Assembly (NCBI GenBank): GCA_015680685.1
Contig: MNCI01000520.1
Location: forward strand, 727,731-791,730
Direction of reading: 5' to 3'
Source of the DNA: Gnetum montanum
Lineage: Eukaryota; Plantae; Gnetophyta
Length of the DNA stretch: 64,000 nt
Positions within the stretch are counted from its first letter, which is position 1, and every line of letters begins with the position of its first letter. Below, one piece after another: positions 55,101 through 64,000 of the stretch. A program made the translations under genes and the position numbers. The notes beneath the pieces are model-generated. The model was given only the letters and a program-made list of their open reading frames with translations. It ran no database searches and was not told where the DNA came from.

Positions 55101-57400
55101 TCCTACATCGCTCTTAGGCCTTTAAGTATTGGGAAATGTAGGCCTTTAGATCATACCCCACTTGGTCAATCACTGCTACTCATACATTTGTGCACGATGA
55201 GAATAGCTCTAGGGTAGTGTGGGTTAAGGCTAGAGCATCTACATCATCATGCAAGCCATCCTCATCAACTCTAAATTTTGAAATCAACCATACAACTATT
55301 AGTAATTTAATGAGCAAGTAGTAAAAAGTATTGCATAAGCCATAGAAGCACTTACTCTTCAACATAATAAACAATTCTAGATGGGTTCTGGAACAAAGTA
55401 TGCAACTGCTGCATGATAAAAAGGGTGTTGCTTTTGTTGTAACAAGCAAGGCCTGTCATGTGCCATACTCTAGATAATTGCTGAATGCTCCTATGACCTC
55501 TACTTAAGCTTCCTGCCCCATCAACGTTTGTAGTGGGTTCATCTGAGATGAACTTATGCCCAAGTTGGCCCTAGGTAACAACATCTCAATGATAGCACTA
55601 GTAGCCTCAATTGCCAAGTGTGATCACATGATCACATTGAACTATTGCAATAGGTGTTCCAAGAACTCTTGAGCTATTGGCCGAAACCACACTGCCTGAT
55701 GGACTAGTCACATATCTTGTGCAGGGCCGTTAGGGACAAGTTCACTCATGCAACACAGGATGGCTTTAGCAACACCCTATAGTTAACAAGCAACAGGAAA
55801 ACCATTAGTATATATGCATAGAGGAAAAATTTTGATATACACATTATAAATTATCAATATGAATTAGTAGAAATGCAATTTTTGCAATACATCTTAGGGT
55901 CCCACGGGTGTAGGATGACTTGTTTGACATGCTTGACACTCATTGGGGTATAGCATGTTTTTATAGGCTTAGTGCTACATTTTGCAAGTTTAGTACCATG
56001 CATAGTTAATGAAATTTTGCAAACGTTTTACTAACTCTTGACTACCTCAATGGAGAGTGTAGTTCCAAAATAGAAAAATTTTGACTAACTCTGGACTACC
56101 TCAGTGGAGAGCGTAGTCCTAAAATATAGACATTTAGCAAACACACATTTTGACAAACACTTGGTAAACTAGGCATTTTGGCAAACACTTAGCAAACTAC
56201 GCTCTCAATGCATAGAAGGTGTAGTCCCATAGTCATGGAGAGCATAGTCTCCCCATGGTGCCATGCCCATCACATGCAACTAGGCCTCACCTTACCTCTA
56301 CCATCGTGGGAGGTTGCACCTTTGCCACTACAAAAAAAAGTGGAAAAAAAGCATAGTTCATGTTCACACATAGTGTGCAATGGTAGTTGTGGCCCTTGTG
56401 GCCAACCACGGTGCACAACACATGCAATGTCATAGCCCCTGTAGTCGTATCACAATGCATAGTGTGTAGGACTCCAAGCACTGTGCCACCTTTAACACAA
56501 AAAAATGTAGGGAAAGACCCCCACCTCACTTCCTACCCATGCAGTAGGCCATCCCTAGTCACTATCAGAACCCTAGCATCCTCTGTAATCATGTCCCCAC
56601 CTCACTTCCTACCCTTGCACTAAAGAAGAAAAGTTCAAACCCTACGCTTGAAAATAAAGAAAGAAAAAGGAAGGGAAGGAAGAAGAAAGACAATGCTCAA
56701 TGGTAATTATGGCCCTTCTATAGCCATGCATTGCTACAAAACAATGGCTATGGCCCCCTATGGCCAAGCCATGGAGCATCATGCATGGGGTCCTAAGATC
56801 CACACACCCCAAGAGACTGTGCACCCTAAAACCCTACATAGTCTTGGAATCTTGCATGCACCAAAAGCCTATGCACATAGCCCACATGCAACCTCAGACC
56901 TCGTAGCTACACCACAAAGGAAAAAGGAAAATAAAATAAATAGCAATGGCATGCGATGGTAGCCACAGTCATTGAAACCACACCGTGGTTCTTAATGGTG
57001 GCCATCACCCCACAATCACACTACATCGTACGTGTGCAGTCCTAGCATGCCCTCCAATCCCCCCGCCCCCCCACATAGCCCCAAAGGGCCAAAGAGAAAA
57101 TAGGTGGTCAAACAAAACCCTCTCAACCACTATGCTATGCTATAGATGATGCGTAGCCATGGCAGCCATTGCCATGGTAGGGCACGCAAGGTAACACTAT
57201 GGGAGTACACTCCTTGAAACCCTCACTAAGGAAAAACCACATAAGAAAGAAATCAAAGAAAGAGAGGAGAGTGTAGTTGGTGTACCTGGCTGATGCTGAT
57301 GACCTTCTCTCTTCCATGTGTTCTTGCATCAAGTAGCTTAGTGCTCTCTCTCCCTCGACAATGTTTTCCAACCCTAGGTGAAGGCATCCACTCTAATGCA
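52150..57400 (-). pseudogene. Antisense multi-exon accessory gene of B2
   Basis: NIF-like exon ~55356-55776 (AVWFRPIAQEFLEHLLQ*FNVIM*S..LSRVW..YNKSNTLFI..LFQNPS, with indels); same intron positions as B1. Confidence 0.8.
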
Positions 57401-57474
57401 TCATCTATCCCCCAACTACACTCCCCATTGATAATGATATTTGAAGCAACAATGAGACTACACTTCCAATGTAG

Positions 57475-60400
57475 GAACATGGCATGGCTATGCATGATTA
57501 GATTTTCTTATCTTTGGTCCTCACAAGGCCTCATAGCGATATTAAGCAATGCATTAACTCTTATTGCCTAGACATCAAGCCTACAACCTACAATGAGTAC
57601 ATAGCATTTGTAGAAGAACCACTAGACTGGCTTGACCATCTAGTTAACTCTCTTGATCTAGAGGTAGGAGACATCACAGAGGATCCCCTTATCAAAATCC
57701 TTGTGGTAATGCATAATGACAAGGTGAGAATGCTAAAACTAAGCTTCTTGCTAGAACCCTAGCACATTCAAGATATCGCCAAGGTGCTTAATGATAACAT
57801 CAAAGCATTTGAATGGTCATACAAGGACATGCTAGGCCTAGATCCCCGACTAGTTCAACACAATATCATCCTTGATTCCTTCATCGAGCTAGTTAAACAA
57901 AAAGTGCATAAGGTCAGACTTGAGGTGGCATTGGCAGTCTATGATGAGATCACCAAGCTTTACAAAGCTAGTTTCATTTGGACTATTGACTATGCAGACT
58001 GGTTCTTCAACATCATAGTTTTGCTCAAGAAAAATAGGAGTATATGCATTTGCATAAACTTCCAGGACCTAAACAAGGCAACCATCAAAGATAACTTCCT
58101 ATTACCTAGTATTGATCAATTGATCAATCCCACGGCTGGGGACACCTTGTTGTCCTTCATGGATGGGTTCTTGGGCTACAACTAGATTAGGATCAACCAT
58201 GAGCACTAGCTTGGTACAACCTTCATGATCCCCTAAGGTACATTTTTCTACACAATGATGCCTTTTTGACTAAAGAAGGTAAGAGTAGCATACCAACGAG
58301 TAATGACATACATCTTTAGTGATTACATGCTAAGTTTGCTCAATGAGTACATGGATGATATAGCAGTTAAGTCCAAAGTGTCCACAACCACATAAATAAC
58401 TTAGAATTAGTGCTTAAACATTGCATAAAATACAAGCTTAGACTAAACCCCAAAAAGTATGTTTTCAACATCAAAATGAGTAGGATGCTTGGGTTTGTAG
58501 TATCCAAAGTAGGTATACATGTAGATCCTGACAAGGTTAAGGCCATAACTAACATAGTGCCACTAGCTAACCTTATGAGGGTTGCAAGGAAGAATACAAT
58601 TCATAGGTAGGTTTATTGCCTAGTTAATTGATAAGTTACAACCAATGCAACATTTTCTCAAAAGAGGAGTCGACTTCAAGTGGATAGCTTAGAGCCAACA
58701 AGAATTTAACATTAAGTAAGAGCTACCACAACTACCTAGGGTTCACCACACCCCCCCCCCCCCCCCCCCCCCCCCCCCGAANCCTTTTCACATCTACCTT
58801 GCCACTTCTAACATGTCCACCACTTCTTTGCTTTGCCAAAAGTGAGATGACAACATAGAAGTCCCGATCTACTACTTAAGCTATGCATTAGTAGCTCATG
58901 AAATGAGATATAATGATGTAGTGAAGTATTGCCTTGCCCTAGTCTTCTCACTAAAGAAGTGAAGGCATTACCTCTTTCATAGCCAAGTTAGCATCATTTT
59001 CAGGAACAACATACTCCAAGATATAACAATGAATATCTATGAAAGTAGTCGCATTGCATGGTGGAAAGAAATAGCAATGGATTTTGACCTACATTATGTC
59101 ACACAAGACTCAATGAAAGGTCAAGCAATAGCCACAAAACTCATAGCTTCACTAGTAGATGATCAAGCTACTATAGACCCTAAGTTCCCATACGAGCACA
59201 TTAGCAGTATTAGCCAAGTGCCTGATAACTATGAGGCACTCCTACATTTTGACAGAGCTTCAACCTCTTGAGGGGGTAGCACCATTACTATTATTACATT
59301 TCCCTCTAGGGAGATTTTATCCTTCACATATTGTTTCACATTTCCTTGCACCAACAACATAGTAGAGTACAAGGGTCTCCTTCAAGGCATCCTTGTAGCA
59401 TGTGACCTAGGGATCCAATGCATTGTGATTTGAGGTGATTGATAACTAATGGTCAACTAGGTGATATATGTTTATGCCTATATAGGACAACATTTACAAC
59501 CTTATTGTGACTTGGCATAACACTTGCTCCAAAAATTTATAGTTGTTGATGTCCAACATGTTTCCCTAAGAAAAAATGTCATTGCCAACATGCTTGCAAC
59601 ATTAGCCCTTAGCATAGCATCTAACATGTTTAACACATTGCCCACCATGATGGCAGACTGCATTGCACCTATCACACAAATTAACAAAGGCACGTCCATA
59701 GCCATAGTTAGCACCACCCACACAAAAGAGTGGTATGACGATATCAAGGCATTCCTTCTATAAGGTGTGCCACTAAAACACTTAACTGTTGCTCAAAAGG
59801 ATGCAGTATGCAAATGTTGATGGTAGTACACTATTGTAGGTGATAACACATTATGTCATAGATCCTATGATGCCATTTTACTAACTTGCGTAAGTGAAGA
59901 TGAAGCAAAAAAAATCATTAAGTAGGTCCATGAAGGATTTTGTGGAGATCACATAGCACTTAGGGAAATGACAACAAACATTAGATGGCTAGGCCACTAT
60001 TGGACTTACATGGAAAGTATTTACATCTTGAAAGTCAAGACGTTTGAAACTTGTCAACAACATAGCAACTTAATGCACATGCCACCAACTAAATTACATA
60101 GAACAAAAATCACATGGTTGTTCCAATGTTGGGGCCTAGAAATTATCAAACCCATAATGCCTAAGTCCTCCATAAGATATAGCTTCATAATAACTGCAAC
60201 AAAATATTTTACTAAGTGGGCCAAAGCTATTTTCCTTAGGAAGACAACATTGCAACAGGTTTGCCAGTTCGTGTTAGATAACATAGTGACCTGTTTTGGC
60301 CTACCCATGATCATAGTGATAGAAAATGAACCAAAATTTAGCAGCACCAAAACCAAAGCCTTATGTGAGTACTTTAGCATCAAGCACTCATTTTCATCAC

Positions 60401-60971
60401 CATACTTCCCTCAGGAAAATGGCCAAGCAGAGGCCACTAACATGATCATCATCAACTGCCTCAAGAAGATGTTAAGCAATAGCAAATGATAATGGCATGA
60501 GCAACTAGTCTACGTACTTTAGGCATATTGCACTACACATCAAAAAATAATATGTATCACACCTTATAGCCTCATTTATAGATCTAAAGTAGTTTTGCCT
60601 CTTGAATTGCAAGTTTCATGACTTTGAGTAATACTCTCAAACTTCATTGATGAAGGTCAAAACAATGAATTAAGACCATAGACCTCAACTCAATAGAGGA
60701 GGAGAACATGCATATGCTTGATTGTATCAAGTGCTATCAAGAAAGGCAGTGGCAAAAGCATAATCACAACTAGTAGCAATGGTTGATTAGGAAAGGGGAC
60801 CTAGTCCTTAAGGTCAGTTGTGAACTTGCAAATAAATTCTCAGCCAACTAGGAAGGGCCTTTCCTTATTAGTAAGGCCTACAAAAATGGAATATTTAAGC
60901 TCACTAATCAAGATGGAAATGATTTTTCCAATCCTATAAACCAATCACACCTAAAGCCGTACTACATCTAG
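57475..60971 (+). pseudogene. pol: pol (RT-RH-aRH-INT) of B2
   Basis: FEWSYKDMLGLDP, MDGFLGYN, YMDD, LHFD..CTNNIVEY, FTKWAKA, PQENGQAEATN. Confidence 0.95.
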
Positions 60972-61009
60972 CATGTAGCACCATGCATGAATAAAGCTAG
61001 GTAAGCATT

Positions 61010-61470
61010 CATCTGCTACAAAATTAAATTACTGTAGTCGTCCGCTATGACATTAAATTGGTGTAGTCACCCACTACAATGTTAAATTAGCATAGAGGTC
61101 CACTATGACTATAAACTAGCATAGCATTCATTCGCTAGGATGTTAAACTGGCATAGAGGTCCACTATGACTATAAACTAGCACACCATTCATCTGCTATG
61201 ACATTAAACTAGCATAGATTATCCTTGGGTCATGATAGTAAATTAGCACAATGTATCCACTATGACTTTAAAATGGCATAGCCATCCACTATGATGGTAA
61301 ATGGACACAGGGTAGTCCGCTATGATGGTGAACTGGCATAGAGTTTTCCACTATGATGGTAAACTGGCATAGAGTGGTCTACTATGATGGTAAATTGGCA
61401 CAGAGTGGTCCAAGAAATCTATTAGGACCTTAAACTAGTAATGTCTTGGTCTATTGAGACCTTAAATTAG
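61010..61470 (+). repeat. 3' UTR tandem array (~30 nt, CCACTATGATGGTAAACTGGCATAG)
   Basis: About 14 units; only ~3 remain at the same site in B1 (30170-30270). Confidence 0.85.
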
Positions 61471-62590
61471 GTTCAAGATCAATAACTAATAATGCTTTTC
61501 ATCCTTTTGCAAGCAAGTGAGCTAGCATAACCCTTGCTCTCCTTCTACATCAAGCAAGCAAGAAAACTACCAACTTGTGTAACTTGTGTAGTTGATATGG
61601 CCTCCTACATTTTTTCACATGTGGTCTGATTACACTTATTTATTTTCTGGTTTTCTTGCCTCCTTGGAGTTGTGTTTGTAGGATGAAGTCCTAGGCAGTT
61701 AGGCAAAGACACATCTCATCATAGCAGCAAGTTGCCACATTGCTTTAATGTACCTGATTGAACTAGCTAAACCTTTCAAGAGTGCAAATACCTACTATCC
61801 CATTATAGCCTACTCACATCCACTCCTATATCTTGATACCCTTCATTCCTTGCATAGCAAAGATTGCAAACTCTTTGATGTTCACATGTTGTGACCACGT
61901 GGCATCCTATTTAAGTCAAACTACAAAACCCAAGGTGGATGTAACATAACTTGTCCTATGGGAAGCCTTTGTTGGCTGGTCAAAGCCTAGGAAAATGTAA
62001 CACAAACACCTATCGTATAGATGTGACATGGTTTTGCAAACACCAAAGAAAAGCCCATCTAGTGACATGCAACCCACTTGATGAAAAGCACCTCACAGCA
62101 AGCATTTAACAATGTGTAGAGCCTAAAGTAGGTTCACTCTATAGCAAAGAGTAAAAAGTGAAAATAAACTAAAAAAAGAAAAAGGAAAAGAGCATGTCCC
62201 CAAGCAACCTAGCAACATTGCAATTTTGCAACTGGTTTAGCCCTGAATCCATGCCTTGACTATCTCACAAACACTTTAACAAGAGGTCAACATTTTCAAG
62301 GGCAAGCCACTCTAGTGCCATGGTCACCATCAACTATGAAGTTCTCACATTATAACATCCTATTCACACTTCATCTTTCCTTTTATCCTCGACACATTGC
62401 CTACACCTTTTACTCCTATGTCGCACCTACCATCTAGCATACTACTCTCCACAACACTCTTGTACACAATGTAGTGACATTCAACCACACATTGAAGAGT
62501 GATGTTGGTGCCAAGCTTACTATGGTGTTTTGTTATTCTTTGTCAATTTCCCTTAGGCCACTCCTCTAGATGTCAACAAGGAGGGACCAA

Positions 62591-63593
62591 TGAAACACCA
62601 CCAAATCTAGACTACAGCATCTTAACTATAAATTTTTCAAAGTGTTGAAAGTATGCTCTCCACTACCCCAGAGCATAGTTAGCCTCTAGTGGAGAGCATA
62701 GTTAGCAAAAGGGTAGGTTATTCACAAGTTATGGCAAGTCTCAAGACTATGCTCTCCACCAACCCAAAGCATAGTTAGCCTCTAATGAAGAGTGTAGTCA
62801 ATAGATGACCATTTTTTACAACTTTATTCCTAAGTGTGGGACTATGCTCTTCCCCAATCTAGAGCGTAAATAAGTGTGGTTAGCAAGAAAAGCCTCCAGT
62901 AGCCTCCATAGCATAGAAACATCCCTTAGCTTAGCTTCAACTCACCTTTGGAAAGCATAGTTAGCACAATGCTTCTTTTTGTATCTCCCTTTTTGGCCCC
63001 AAAATTGTAACTATGCTTGACCCCACAAAAGAGTGTGGAGAGTGTAGTCTCCAAGTTGCATTTTTCAGGTACCTTGCAATCTTCTTGGCACAGACATGAA
63101 GTTGGTAGTGTAGTCATAGTCTCACAATCTCATGAATTTTGGTAGAGCACAACAAAACATAACACCACCCCCTAGTGGAGAGCGTAGTTGAACAAGAGCA
63201 TGATCCCAACCATTCCCTTTCCATGTGGTAGTCATCCCACATTATGCACTAACCCTAAACCTATAAACACCCATGTCCTCAATGTTTTTATGATTGGAAA
63301 ATTTTAGAGTTGGTTGATTTTTGGCATGAGAAAATATAAATAGTTCTTAGGAGAATACCAAAGGCATATTGACAAAGTTGCAGACCACTGCAATCCACCA
63401 GAACACTATAGCCAATGGTACACTGTCGCAGCTAACCTAGCAGATGCAGACACCATGGCGAAGCACTAATCTTCATGGCTAGACACCTCTAAGACTTTGA
63501 GTACACTATCCACTACACTTGTTCTACACCATTTACCTTCTAACCCCCTATGGTGTTAACTATGATCAACTCCATTTGGGATGGTGTTCTATT

Positions 63594-63624
<31 letters not shown>

Positions 63625-63976
63625 ATTTTTTGCACTTGCATTTTTCATTATTTTACTACATAGCTACGCCTAAAACTACACTCGGATGGTAGTCTGCATG
63701 TGTTGACACTACCCACTTTGTGAAAACTCTTAAATATTCTTGACCCCACTGACACTGTTAACACCATAAACACTGCTTACACACTTAGCATTATTTTGCA
63801 TCAACATTGTGACCAATCACACTACACCCCCATTGCATCCAGTGAGTCCCTATTTGATGGCTAGACCATTTAGGACATTCCATCTCCACCTCTAGTAGGC
63901 CCTCACATGGATTCAAGGTTAGGCTATGCACCCATGAACCTCAATGTTCCAGATATTGATGTTTTTAGTTGCCATA
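62591..63976 (+). repeat. 3' LTR of B2
   Basis: Follows PPT AAGGAGGGACCAA; colinear with 31397-32780. Confidence 0.85.
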
Positions 63977-64000
63977 CCCCTTACCTCTTTGGTAGGTATG

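Larger units (their letters stand above)
48020..63976 (+). mobile_element. Ty3/gypsy Tat-clade LTR retrotransposon, family B copy 2 (no 5' LTR seen)
   Basis: gag, protease, antisense cassette, pol, 3' UTR repeats, PPT, 3' LTR. Confidence 0.9.

Noticed and set aside
58749-58782. Long poly-C tracts (also 51241-51259) as functional G-quadruplexes
   Set aside because: Only short C runs occur at the same sites in B1, and one tract is next to an N; slippage or sequencing artifact is more likely
61010-61470. CRISPR-like array
   Set aside because: Degenerate tandem repeat in a retrotransposon 3' UTR; the spacers are homologous to each other

Overview
Heavily methylated (CpG/CHG-depleted, rich in TAG/TAA stops) land-plant heterochromatin, made almost entirely of nested, decayed Ty3/gypsy LTR retrotransposons, with three long N gaps. 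No intact host gene can be supported. (1) Three Tat-clade elements with RT-RH-aRH-INT order: family A at 1-10120, nested in copy B1, and family B copies B1 at 10121-32780 and B2 at ~48020-63976. (2) Four Athila-like pieces on the minus strand with TGATGAG...CTCATCA termini: a nested pol-less element at 17136-23669, a gag remnant at 32781-34024, a solo LTR at 34310-35182 and an env-like-ORF element at 42834-~48010. (3) An AT-rich island (~34030-42833) holding an intronless CCR4-like deadenylase pseudogene, a cluster of tRNA-like repeats and unidentified ORF relics. The main observation: in both Tat families, pol is split just upstream of RT (between protease and RT in B1 and B2) by a multi-kb insert. 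This insert carries an antisense, multi-intron gene whose translation shows an FCP1/SCP-like (NIF, HAD-fold CTD-phosphatase-like) domain joined to a plant-transposon domain and coiled coils. All domain calls come from motif recognition by eye, not database searches.
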